This document shows, one piece after another, positions 30,316 through 39,093 of a stretch of 64,000 nt of DNA. This stretch comes from Candidatus Shapirobacteria bacterium (GTDB lineage: Bacteria > Patescibacteriota > Microgenomatia > UBA12405): the NCBI GenBank assembly GCA_041659325.1, contig JBAZYN010000002.1:270082-334081 (forward strand), read 5' to 3'. Each line of letters starts with the position of its first letter. The stretch's first letter is position 1. The position numbers and the translations under genes are program-made. The notes under the pieces are model-generated. The model searched no databases and was not told where the DNA came from. It worked only from the letters and a program-made list of their open reading frames with translations.

Positions 30316-30741
30316 TTAGTTTGTTATTTCGAACCCCATTGAGAGGGCGGTGCCGGCGACCATGTGCTTGGCGGCCTCAAGGTCTTTGGTATTTAAGTCA
30401 ACCAATTTGTCTTTGGCAATTTGCTCAATTTGGGACTGGGTGATTTTGCCGATTTTTTCCCGACCGGTGGTGCCGGAACCTTTGGTAATACCGGTGATTT
30501 TTTTGATCATATCGGAGACCGGAGGTTTTTTGATGACAAAGGTGAAAGACCGGTCTTCGTAGATGGTAATGACAGAGGGAATAAGGGAGCCCTTCATGTC
30601 TTTGGTTTTTTCATTAAATTCGTTGCAGAAGTCCATGATCTTGATACCTTTTGGTCCGAGGGCGGTGCCGACGGGGGGAGCGGGATTAGCTGTTCCGGCC
30701 ATGAGGGCCAATTTGACGATACTTGTTATTTTTTTTGCCAT
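30316..30741 (-). CDS. rplK: 50S ribosomal protein L11
   Basis: ANPAPPVGTALG, FCNEFN, GTALSMG. Confidence 0.98.
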   Translation of the reverse strand: MAKKITSIVKLALMAGTANPAPPVGTALGPKGIKIMDFCNEFNEKTKDMKGSLIPSVITIYEDRSFTFVIKKPPVSDMIKKITGITKGSGTTGREKIGKITQSQIEQIAKDKLVDLNTKDLEAAKHMVAGTALSMGFEITN

Positions 30742-30745
30742 ATAA

Positions 30746-30985
30746 TTATCTGCGGGAGAAAAATTCTAATATTTGTTGACCAAGGGGGATTTTTGCTGAC
30801 TCCATTTTTCGAGCAACTGGAGAGTCCGCAAGGGGTTCTAAGGCCTCAGCCACTTGATCGAGCCCGTTTTGTTGTAAACCATCCACTATTCTTAACATTA
30901 TCTGCGCGCCGGTTGCGATGCCAATACCGGCGAATCCATGGTGTAGTAAGCCTAACCCTGATTGTTCTTGGCCTCGATTAATCAT
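30746..30985 (-). CDS. small hypothetical protein between nusG and rplK
   Basis: ATG ORF MINRGQEQSGLGLLHHGFAG...EFFSRR (79 aa) exactly fills the gap. Confidence 0.6.
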   Translation of the reverse strand: MINRGQEQSGLGLLHHGFAGIGIATGAQIMLRIVDGLQQNGLDQVAEALEPLADSPVARKMESAKIPLGQQILEFFSRR

Positions 30986-30989
30986 GAGG

Positions 30990-31586
30990 TTATAATTCTT
31001 TGGTAACCTGTAAAAAGTCAAGTTCGACCGGGGTTTCGCGCTCAAAAAAGGAAACGAGACAGCGGATTTTGCCTTTTTCCTGATCAATAGAATCGATAGT
31101 GCCAATGAAGTCAGCGAAGGGACCGTTGGTGATCTTGACGACGTCGCCGATGCCAAAAGGAGCCTGATATCGTGGCTTGTCTTCTTCGGTAGTTTGAAGT
31201 ATTCTTTCGACTTCTTCCTGAGAGATGGCCGATGGTTGGTTATTGATACCAATAAACCCAGTGACTCCCTGGGTAGTGCGGACAGTGATCCAGGAATCAT
31301 CAGTTAGTTCCATTTGGACAATGACGTAACCCGGAAAAGTTTTCTCCTGGGTTTTTACTTTTTGTCCGCGGCGGATAACCATTTTGCTTTGGATGGGGAC
31401 AATGGCCTGAAAGATCTTGTCTTCGAGGTTCATGGTCTTGATCCTGGTTTTGAGAGCTTCGATGACTTTGTATTCGTGGCCGGAATAGGTGTTTATAACG
31501 TACCATCTGGCATCAAAAGAGGGTTCGTACGAGGAAAGTTTAAAAAGAAACTCTCTTTTGTTGGTTTTGGTTGAAGTTTTTGGCAT
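30990..31586 (-). CDS. nusG: transcription termination/antitermination factor NusG
   Basis: WYVINTYSGHE, FPGYV, GVTGF, KOW GPFADF, RETPVELDF. Confidence 0.97.
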   Translation of the reverse strand: MPKTSTKTNKREFLFKLSSYEPSFDARWYVINTYSGHEYKVIEALKTRIKTMNLEDKIFQAIVPIQSKMVIRRGQKVKTQEKTFPGYVIVQMELTDDSWITVRTTQGVTGFIGINNQPSAISQEEVERILQTTEEDKPRYQAPFGIGDVVKITNGPFADFIGTIDSIDQEKGKIRCLVSFFERETPVELDFLQVTKEL

Positions 31587-31587
31587 A

Positions 31588-31890
31588 TTATTTGGTTGTT
31601 GACGGTATAACTGTGGGTTCTGTAATGGTTATGGTGACCATGGCGGCAGAGGGTGAAGAAACCGCTTCCTGCAGACTCGGTTGGTTTGTAGTATTTTGTT
31701 TGTTTTGACCAGTGGTTAAATAACCAATGGCGTTTGTAAAAAGAAAATCGAAACCGCCTAATATTAGGGAGATAGCGATTGAGATAGATATTACCACAAA
31801 AGTAAGCTGAATTAAAGCATCTTTTTTGGGCCAGGTGATATTTTTGAATTCTGTCCTGACTTCATTGATAAACTGACGGATTTTTTGCAT
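31588..31890 (-). CDS. secE: preprotein translocase subunit SecE
   Basis: EVRTEFKNITWP plus TM helix; directly upstream of nusG. Confidence 0.92.
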   Translation of the reverse strand: MQKIRQFINEVRTEFKNITWPKKDALIQLTFVVISISIAISLILGGFDFLFTNAIGYLTTGQNKQNTTNQPSLQEAVSSPSAAMVTITITEPTVIPSTTK

Positions 31891-31967
31891 GAGGTATTAT
31901 AGCAAGAAGAATGGAAAATATGGTTAGCTTCAACGCAGGCGGGGATGGTGTTATATTAAGGTAAATA

Positions 31968-33380
31968 ATGTCATTTTTGTCGAATAGGTTTATTTTGTTT
32001 TTTTTGGCGGTGTGGGGGTTGTCGATAGTTTTACGGCCCCACAAGAGGGTATATAAATCTTTGATTGTAATTGCCAGTTTTGTTTTTTACGGTTTTTTTG
32101 GGATTTACGGGGTTTTGGTATTGACGGTCGACGTACTGATAAATTATGGGCTTATAAGATTATTGGAGCGGGACAAAGCCAAAAGAGAAATTTTGGGGTT
32201 GGCGGTAGGGTTTAACGTGCTTTTTCTGGCAGCTTATAAATATTTTAATGTTTTTGCGGAGGGGATGGCCGGGCGCGGACTGGGGGTGGGGGCGGAAATA
32301 ATAGTGCCGGTGGGAATTTCTTTTATTACTTTTAAAATAATCAGTGTTTTAGTCGATAGCTATCGGCAAAAAATAAGGGTAAAAAGTTTAGCGGATTACA
32401 TAGCTTTTGTTAGTTTTTTCCCCCAGATTACTGCCGGGCCGATTGGCAGGTATAGGGAGTTTGAGCAGGATTTAAATCGGCTAAACGGATTTGGAGTTGA
32501 TATTTACAAATTGGAGACGGGAAGGTTTTGGACGCTAATGATTGGCGGGTGGTTGAAAATGTATCTAATCGGGGGGGCTTTATTTGAGGTAGTAAATCAA
32601 ACTATTAATTCGCCGCAGAGTTTCGGGCGGGTGGATTTGCTTTTGGGAATGGTGAGTCTGAGTTTTTTTATTTACGCAAATTTTTCTGGTTATTCGGATA
32701 TGTCGGAGGCAGTGGCCGGAGCCTTGGGGTTTAGAACACCTAAAAATTTTGACGATCCATATCGATCGGGGGGGGTGGGGGAGTTTTGGCAAAGATGGCA
32801 TATAAGTTTATCAAGCTGGCTCCGCGATTACCTTTATATACCGCTGGGGGGAAACCGGAAAGGGATGCCCCGGAAATATTTTAATTTATTGGCGACAATG
32901 ACAATTGGGGGAGTTTGGCATGGGGTGGGGGTAAATTTTTTGGTTTGGGGAGGAATACATGGGGTGATGTTAGTGCTAGATCACGCTCTGGGTAATTTAA
33001 TCCGGCCAAAGTTTGTCGGGATAACGAAAGGGATAAAAGCACTTTTTAAAGGAGTGGGGTGGCTTTTGACTTTCGGATTAATAAATATCACCTGGATTAT
33101 TTTTTATCCAAAAAATATAGGGTTTTCAATTAGGTATTTGGAGAATTTGGTTGGTTCAAGAGAGCCTTTGGTGACATTGTGGTCGGTAAAATTAGGATGC
33201 GTGTTGGTATTGTCCGGGATATTGAGTGTTTTTGGAGGTAAAATTCAGGAAACAGTTTCAGGAGTGCTGACAAAAGCGCCGTGGGTGGCTAGATATTTTT
33301 TGCTGATAGCGATATTTTATTTAATAATTTTATTTGGACCTAGTACTTATGTTGCCCCAGCCGCATATTTCAATTTTTAG
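31968..33380 (+). CDS. MBOAT family O-acyltransferase (AlgI/PatA-like)
   Basis: PVGISF, FFPQITAGPI, FSGYSD, FWQRWHISLS.WLRDYLYIPLGG, GVWHG. Confidence 0.93.
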   Translation: MSFLSNRFILFFLAVWGLSIVLRPHKRVYKSLIVIASFVFYGFFGIYGVLVLTVDVLINYGLIRLLERDKAKREILGLAVGFNVLFLAAYKYFNVFAEGMAGRGLGVGAEIIVPVGISFITFKIISVLVDSYRQKIRVKSLADYIAFVSFFPQITAGPIGRYREFEQDLNRLNGFGVDIYKLETGRFWTLMIGGWLKMYLIGGALFEVVNQTINSPQSFGRVDLLLGMVSLSFFIYANFSGYSDMSEAVAGALGFRTPKNFDDPYRSGGVGEFWQRWHISLSSWLRDYLYIPLGGNRKGMPRKYFNLLATMTIGGVWHGVGVNFLVWGGIHGVMLVLDHALGNLIRPKFVGITKGIKALFKGVGWLLTFGLINITWIIFYPKNIGFSIRYLENLVGSREPLVTLWSVKLGCVLVLSGILSVFGGKIQETVSGVLTKAPWVARYFLLIAIFYLIILFGPSTYVAPAAYFNF

Positions 33381-33411
33381 AAACCTAAGCCAGTCTTGGG
33401 AAAATTGGTTT

Positions 33412-34212
33412 ATGGCGATAATGGTATTGGTTTCGATGGGATTTGTTTTAAAGATTAAAGAAGCGGGTAAACAGGGAGGAATGGTCAATTCTTTAGGTCA
33501 AGTTCAGCCGGTGGTGTCGGTGACGGTAGCGGAAAATCAAGGGCCTACTGAGACTCCTGTTATCAAGAAAAAATTATCTTCGATTTTGATTTTGGGGGAT
33601 TCGATGATAGTGGAGGGGTTTGGACCGAGACTGGCAAATGACTTGGTGGTTTTTCCGAATCTAGAGGTGGCAAGAAGGGGGAAATATTCGACCGGGTTAA
33701 ACAGAAGAGATGTTTTTGACTGGTATAAGGAAACCGTTGATCTGGTGGTGGAACATAAACCAGAGGTGTTGGTGGTAATGTTTGGGGCCAATGACAGTCA
33801 AAATATATTGGATAAGCAGGGTAACCCTTTTGGGCTAGATGAGCCTGAATGGGATGAAGTATATAGGGAGAGGGTAGCGGAATATATGGGACTGGTTTCC
33901 CATATAACGGAAAAAATATATTGGGTGGGGCAACCGGCCGCCCGTGAAGTTGTCTTTTCTGAAAGGTTGAGGCATTTGAATCAGATATATGAGCAAGAGG
34001 CTCAAAAATGGGAAAATATTGAGTATATTTCTACCTGGGAGCGATTTGTCGGAGAAGGAGGTAAATACAGATCGGTGGTGGCTGATAACGAGGGAATAGT
34101 AAAACGGGTAAAGACAGATGACGGAATCCATATGACTAACCATGGTTCCAAAATTATGAGCCGGCTAGTGGTCGAAGAGATTCAAAATGATTATAAACTA
34201 GACTTCAATTAG
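33412..34212 (+). CDS. SGNH hydrolase-fold protein (DUF459-like), likely O-acetylation partner of the MBOAT
   Basis: GDSM, STGL, GAND, DGIH; start uncertain. Confidence 0.85.
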   Translation: MAIMVLVSMGFVLKIKEAGKQGGMVNSLGQVQPVVSVTVAENQGPTETPVIKKKLSSILILGDSMIVEGFGPRLANDLVVFPNLEVARRGKYSTGLNRRDVFDWYKETVDLVVEHKPEVLVVMFGANDSQNILDKQGNPFGLDEPEWDEVYRERVAEYMGLVSHITEKIYWVGQPAAREVVFSERLRHLNQIYEQEAQKWENIEYISTWERFVGEGGKYRSVVADNEGIVKRVKTDDGIHMTNHGSKIMSRLVVEEIQNDYKLDFN

Positions 34213-34278
34213 GGACGGGTGTTATTTGTCGTTTGAGTTTTTTCTGGTTTACAATGGGATTGCAGCACCTTGGGATGT

Positions 34279-34977
34279 TTACGCTTTTTTGCTGGAAGCT
34301 ATTACTGATCCGGCAAGAACGTGAAGGGAGTCATAAACTGTTTGGGCGGCTTCCTGTCCAGTTCTTCTTTCAGCAACTGTGTTGGCAACAGTTTCACAAA
34401 CTTGACGGACTTTTTCAAGAATTTCTGGGGTGGGAGTGTTTGGGGTGAGGGTGAGATGGGACTGGCGTGTTAATGTATCTGCTAATTCCTGTCTCCCCGC
34501 GCCGACAATACATACTCTTGCAAGAACACTAAGAGCGTCGTGTGCTCTTTGCCCGGCTTCCTGCCCCTCACTGCCGGCTTTGATGATTTCCGCTATGTCA
34601 ACGATAGCGATATCAGCAAAATTTGACAGGTCGGTTGATGAAGTATCAGAATTTATCGGAATACCTGGTCTGTGCGCCAGGCTATCAGCTAGTTCCTGTC
34701 TTCCCGCACCGGAAGTAGATGCTCCGGCGAACACATGAAGTTCGTCATAGACTGCTTGTGCGTGGGCTGGTCCCTTTTCTGCGGAGGAGAGAGCTAATGC
34801 AACTCTACTGCAGGCTTTTGCGGTGTAGCTTTGGAGTTGGGCCGATGGAGTTTCGGGAGTGAGGGGTAAATTTGTGACTTTGCCTAGCGCCGATACTATT
34901 TCTGGCCTTGGGGTTATGGCTGATGATGATATTTCTACCTTCAGTTGGGGATGGGAGGGGGTTGTGTCTAGTGTCAT
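34279..34977 (-). CDS. hypothetical protein with three ~70-aa internal repeats
   Basis: AQAVYDELHVFAG / GQRAHDALSVLAR / AQTVYDSLHVLAG; GAGRQELAD twice. Confidence 0.75.
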   Translation of the reverse strand: MTLDTTPSHPQLKVEISSSAITPRPEIVSALGKVTNLPLTPETPSAQLQSYTAKACSRVALALSSAEKGPAHAQAVYDELHVFAGASTSGAGRQELADSLAHRPGIPINSDTSSTDLSNFADIAIVDIAEIIKAGSEGQEAGQRAHDALSVLARVCIVGAGRQELADTLTRQSHLTLTPNTPTPEILEKVRQVCETVANTVAERRTGQEAAQTVYDSLHVLAGSVIASSKKA

Positions 34978-35045
34978 GGAAATATTATATATTAATTTGA
35001 ATTATTTGATGGGTTTTGATGGGGGAGTGTACCAAAAGTTTGTAG

Positions 35046-35100
35046 TTGACGGGTACTGCCAGTAGTGGGTATGATGTTAACTATTCACTATATGTTGTGT
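35046..35100 (+). promoter_or_regulatory. sigma70 promoter and NrdR box of nrdR-nrdJ
   Basis: TTGACG(35046)-N18-TATGAT(35070); tcactatatgttgtgt (35085-35100) matches the NrdR box consensus acaCtAtATaTtGtgt and overlaps the ATG. Confidence 0.8.
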
Positions 35101-35574
35101 CCATATTGTAAACACCAAGAGTCAAATGTGTTGGAGAGCCGCGATGCTCAAGACGGGAAAGCTACCCGCCGGCGCCGTGAGTGCGTAGGGTGCGGTAAGA
35201 GATTTACGACCTATGAAGAGGTGGGGAATGTTGATCTGAAGGTTATAAAAAAGGACGGGCGGGTGGAAGATTATAACCGGGAGAAGTTGGATAGGTGTTT
35301 TGAAAAGGCTTGTTGGAAGCTGACGGCAGAACAGCGGACGAAATTAATAGATGAGATTGAGATGAAGCTTTTAAATTGGAATAGTGTGGAGATTCCAAGC
35401 AGAGAAATCGGTCTAATGGTTATGGAGAAATTGAGAGGGATTGATCCGGTAGCATACATCCGGTTTGCAACCGTGTATTTGGACGTAAGGTCGATTGATG
35501 ATTTTGAAAAGTTAATAGTTGATTATAAAAAAGGAAAAAATATTTCCAAAGGTTTTAATAAAAAAAATGGATAA
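35092..35574 (+). CDS. nrdR: transcriptional repressor NrdR
   Basis: CPYC, RRRREC..CGKRFTTYE, ATP-cone VIKKDG, VAYIRFATVY. Confidence 0.96.
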   Translation: MLCPYCKHQESNVLESRDAQDGKATRRRRECVGCGKRFTTYEEVGNVDLKVIKKDGRVEDYNREKLDRCFEKACWKLTAEQRTKLIDEIEMKLLNWNSVEIPSREIGLMVMEKLRGIDPVAYIRFATVYLDVRSIDDFEKLIVDYKKGKNISKGFNKKNG

Positions 35575-38044
35575 TTTACCCGAACCACAACTATCAGATA
35601 ATGCCCGGTATATTGCCGAGACCCGATATTCGATGAAAGATCCAAGCGGAGCAAGCCTGGAGAAGGTGGGGGATATTTTTTGGCGGGTAGCGATAAACGT
35701 GGCAAGGGGGAACAAAAGCTTTGGGGCAAACGATACACAGGTAGACAGTACGGCTCGGGAGTTTTATCTTTTAATGGCGGATCAGAAATTTTTTCCCAAC
35801 ACGCCGTGTCTGGTTAACGCTGGGAAAACGCATCAGCAATTGTCGGCCTGTTTTGTTTTGCCGATTGAAGATTCGATGGAGTCGATTCTAAAAACAATGT
35901 CGGATATGGCGATGATCCACAAGAGCGGGGGGGGGACGGGATTTTCTTTTACCCGATTACGGCCGAGCGGGGATTATATATCAACAAGCGGTGGGACAAC
36001 AGTGGGGCCGGTATCGTTTATGCAGGCGTACAACGATGTGACATCCCAGATTAAACAGGGCGGGGTAAGACGGGGAGCGAATATGGGGATGTTGTCGGTT
36101 GACCATCCGGATGTATTGAGGTTTGCAGTAGTAAAACTGGACGAATACAGTTTGACGAATTTTAATATATCTTTGGCGATAACTAATGCTTTCATGGACA
36201 AAATAGAGAGTGACAAAAAGTTTTCGGCAGATGATTCTATCCCCGAAGAGGTGGTTGAAGAGATCAGAGCGGCAGAAGGTAACCGGGATGTAGATGCGAG
36301 GCTGAGACAAGTGGAGGCGGGAGTAAAGAAATTATATGACTGGGCGAAAGCAACGCAAGAAGGAGAGGGCTATCCACTGATAAATCCGAGAACAGGGACA
36401 GAGACAATGAAGTTAAACGCATACAAAGTCTTTAACCTGATAACCCGATTGGCCTGGCAGTATGGTGATCCGGGGTTGGTTTTTATTGACAGAATGAACG
36501 AGGCAAAATCTAATCCCGTACCATCGATGGGGCGGATAGAAGCGACCAATCCGTGTGGTGAACAGCCGCTTTTGCCTTATGATGCCTGTAACCTGGGAAG
36601 TATTAATCTGGCCAAATTTGTGGTTGGAAACGGGGTGGATTGGGAGATATTGGGAAAAACGGTGGAGATGGCGGTGCATTTTTTGGATAACGTGGTTGAA
36701 GTTAATGAATTTCCGGTGGAAAAAATTCGGGAGATGGTTGATAAAACCAGGAGGATTGGCTTGGGGGTAATGGGTTTTGCCGATGCATTGTTCAAACTGG
36801 GGGTTCGGTATGATTCCCCGGAGGGGTTGGAATGGGCGGAAAAGTTTATGAAGTTTATCGAGGAAAAGGCAAAAAAGGCGACGGTGGAATTGGCAAATCA
36901 GCGGGGAGTTTTCCCCAGTTGGCCGATGAGTGTATATTCGGGAACGGATTATAGACCGAGAAATATGGCTCTGACAACGATTGCTCCAACCGGGACAATT
37001 AGTATGATTGCCGATGCCAGTTCCGGGATTGAACCGGTGTTTTCTCTGGCCTATCAAAAAAATGCAGTGGAGGGAAAAACTTTGTATATTGTAAATCCGG
37101 TACTGACGGAAGAGCTTCGGAAAAGGGGTTTGTATACCGAGGATTTGGTAAAAAAAATTGCCGGGAATGGGGGAGTCTTGGGTGGAATTGAGGAGATACC
37201 GGCGGAGATAAAGGAAGTATTTAGAACGGCTCTGGAGATTGAACCGGAGTGGCATATAAAAATCCAGGCGGCTTTTCAAAAGTATGTGGATAATGCGGTC
37301 TCGAAGACGATTAACTTTCCTAAAGAGGCGACGGTGGAAGACGTCCGAAAGTCGTATCTTTTGGCATATTCTCTAGGAACTAAGGGAATTACGATATATC
37401 GGTCGGGATCGAGAGAAAAGGAGGTAATACAAACAGTCTTAAAGTCTCAGAGTCTCAAAGTCGAAAGTCAAAAGGCGGAAGTAGAAATGCCAAAAAAGAA
37501 GAAAACGCCAGATGCGGCCAGGGGGGTACGAATAAAAAAACTTTGCGATATGGGCAACGTTTATACTTCGGTATTTTTTGAGTCCGGGGATGGCCCGGTA
37601 GAGGTTTTTGTGGCTTTGGGAAAAAGCGGAGGCTACATGGCAGGGACGGCAGAAGTGACCGGACGGTTAGCGTCTCTAGCGCTGAAATATGGGGCCAGTT
37701 TGGAGGAAGTGGCCGAGGATTTGGTGGGGATAGCCTGCGGACAGAGAGTGGGGATGGGAAAATTGGCGGTATTGAGTATGTTTGATGCAGTTGGAAAGTC
37801 GTTGCTGGAAATTTCTCAGGGCGAACAGCTGGATTTGTTTAAGGAGGAGAAGGCGGAAATTCAAGTGCCGGTGGTAAACGGAGAGAAAAAAACGGCGGCG
37901 GAGGTGCTGGTGAAGATGAAGGATAGACAGGAATCAGGTGATTCAAAATTCAGTGCTTGCCCGGATTGCGGAAGCCCGTTGTATGCGGAGGAGGGGTGCT
38001 TTAAATGTTCTAATCCGTTTTGCGGGTACAGTAAGTGCTCGTAA
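35567..38044 (+). CDS. nrdJ: adenosylcobalamin-dependent (class II) ribonucleotide reductase with C-terminal TSCPD/Zn-ribbon region
   Basis: QLSACF, GGGTG, RRGANM, TNPCGEQ, APTGT, KGITIYR, CPDCG...EEGC; start ATG 35567. Confidence 0.93.
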   Translation: MDNLPEPQLSDNARYIAETRYSMKDPSGASLEKVGDIFWRVAINVARGNKSFGANDTQVDSTAREFYLLMADQKFFPNTPCLVNAGKTHQQLSACFVLPIEDSMESILKTMSDMAMIHKSGGGTGFSFTRLRPSGDYISTSGGTTVGPVSFMQAYNDVTSQIKQGGVRRGANMGMLSVDHPDVLRFAVVKLDEYSLTNFNISLAITNAFMDKIESDKKFSADDSIPEEVVEEIRAAEGNRDVDARLRQVEAGVKKLYDWAKATQEGEGYPLINPRTGTETMKLNAYKVFNLITRLAWQYGDPGLVFIDRMNEAKSNPVPSMGRIEATNPCGEQPLLPYDACNLGSINLAKFVVGNGVDWEILGKTVEMAVHFLDNVVEVNEFPVEKIREMVDKTRRIGLGVMGFADALFKLGVRYDSPEGLEWAEKFMKFIEEKAKKATVELANQRGVFPSWPMSVYSGTDYRPRNMALTTIAPTGTISMIADASSGIEPVFSLAYQKNAVEGKTLYIVNPVLTEELRKRGLYTEDLVKKIAGNGGVLGGIEEIPAEIKEVFRTALEIEPEWHIKIQAAFQKYVDNAVSKTINFPKEATVEDVRKSYLLAYSLGTKGITIYRSGSREKEVIQTVLKSQSLKVESQKAEVEMPKKKKTPDAARGVRIKKLCDMGNVYTSVFFESGDGPVEVFVALGKSGGYMAGTAEVTGRLASLALKYGASLEEVAEDLVGIACGQRVGMGKLAVLSMFDAVGKSLLEISQGEQLDLFKEEKAEIQVPVVNGEKKTAAEVLVKMKDRQESGDSKFSACPDCGSPLYAEEGCFKCSNPFCGYSKCS

Positions 38045-38048
38045 ATAT

Positions 38049-38233
38049 AATTACGAATTATCAATTACGAATTACGAATTAAAATCAAAATCTCCCCCTG
38101 CCCCCTCTTTGAGGAAAGAGGGGAAAATATAACGTCAAACGTCATTGCGAAGGAAGGAATGACTGCGGCAATCTTAACAAGATTGCTTTGTCGTTTGGAA
38201 TCCTCCCTCCATGGGCGGGTAGGCGCAATGACG
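38049..38233. repeat. composite repeat: AATTACG array, CCCCT hairpin and GTCATTGCG...CGCAATGAC element
   Basis: Array 38049-38080; cccctctttgaggaaagagggg; terminal inverted gtcattgcg/cgcaatgac at 38141-38233. Confidence 0.8.
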
Positions 38234-38272
38234 TGAAGTATACTAATTATAAAATTATTAATTAAAAAAAAT

Positions 38273-38536
38273 ATGCCGGATGAAATTAAGATGAGCGAAC
38301 AAGCGTTGTCTTTGAAACCAGGTATTTATGAACACTATAGTGGTAAAAAATACGACTTGGTAGGTGTAGCTCACCACAGTGAGACTCTGGAAGAAGTGGT
38401 TGTTTATAGGGCACGATACGGGGAGAAGTTGATTTGGGTTAGACCTTTGGGGATGTTTCTAGAAACAGTTGAACATGAGGGAGTTATTAAACCGAGATTC
38501 CGATATATAGGAGATGATAACAACGAAAGCAGGTGA
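38273..38536 (+). CDS. DUF1653 family protein
   Basis: GIYEHYSGKKY..VAHHSETLEEVVVYRARYG..WVRPLGMF..PRF. Confidence 0.9.
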   Translation: MPDEIKMSEQALSLKPGIYEHYSGKKYDLVGVAHHSETLEEVVVYRARYGEKLIWVRPLGMFLETVEHEGVIKPRFRYIGDDNNESR

Positions 38537-38975
38537 TGGGGGGAAGACATTAGTAAAGGGAGTGATGATGGACAAAGATAGTGCCCTGATAGAAGCTCTG
38601 GGGGAGATTGATGAGTTGCAGGCGGTACTATTAATAGTAGATCTAAGAGATATTGCCGAGGATTTGGTGAAGATAATGGGAGAACTAGGGTGCGGGGTGA
38701 GATTTAGCGAGTGTGCTTTGCGAACTACATTTATGGAGGAGGAGATTAAAAAGGGGGAGAATGAACTGGATGCGCAAAAAAAGTTTTTGTTGTTTAAAAA
38801 AGAGGAAGCGATATATCTTAATTGGGTACGGACGGTGGCCAGAAGAATAGAAAGAAGAATGGCCGGTTTAAGTAAGATGTCGGAAGTTAGAGGTGATTTG
38901 CTGAAATATTTTAATAGATTGTCTGATTACTTGTTTATTTTAGCCCGCCAACAGGAAGACCAGTTAGGCGGGTAA
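38514..38975 (+). CDS. ATP:cob(I)alamin adenosyltransferase, PduO type
   Basis: TTKAGDGGKT, ALGEIDEL, RTVARRIER, YFNRLSDYLFILAR. Confidence 0.9.
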   Translation: MITTKAGDGGKTLVKGVMMDKDSALIEALGEIDELQAVLLIVDLRDIAEDLVKIMGELGCGVRFSECALRTTFMEEEIKKGENELDAQKKFLLFKKEEAIYLNWVRTVARRIERRMAGLSKMSEVRGDLLKYFNRLSDYLFILARQQEDQLGG

Positions 38976-38997
38976 ACCGACAAGAAGAAGAAAAAAA

Positions 38998-39093
38998 ATG
39001 AAGTAGGGTGTAATTCCCTCACAGTGCCGCTACGGTTATAGTCCGAGCCTTAAAACCCTCCTACCGGCGGGTTGACTTTCGAGCAAAAGTAAT
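38998..39093 (+). ncRNA. class II cobalamin riboswitch-like element (5' stem appears degenerate)
   Basis: GAAG-TAGGGTGTAATTCCCT-CACAGTGCCGCT-ACGGTTATAGTCCGA...CGAGCAAA resembles Cbl-II architecture (T-loop hairpin, ACGG-UUAUA-nUCCGA); lies right after the PduO gene. Confidence 0.6.

Noticed and set aside
30746-31300. 184-aa ORF overlapping nusG, or an ncRNA in the nusG-rplK gap
   Set aside because: The upstream part is an alternate frame of nusG; the gap is explained by the 79-aa ATG ORF and shows no tRNA, SRP or tmRNA hallmarks
36230-36370. Intein in NrdJ
   Set aside because: The insert is short and lacks the N-terminal Cys/Ser and C-terminal His-Asn splice motifs
36413-37279. 288-aa antisense ORF in nrdJ and similar shadow ORFs
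   Set aside because: Antisense to well-conserved genes and carrying no recognisable motifs
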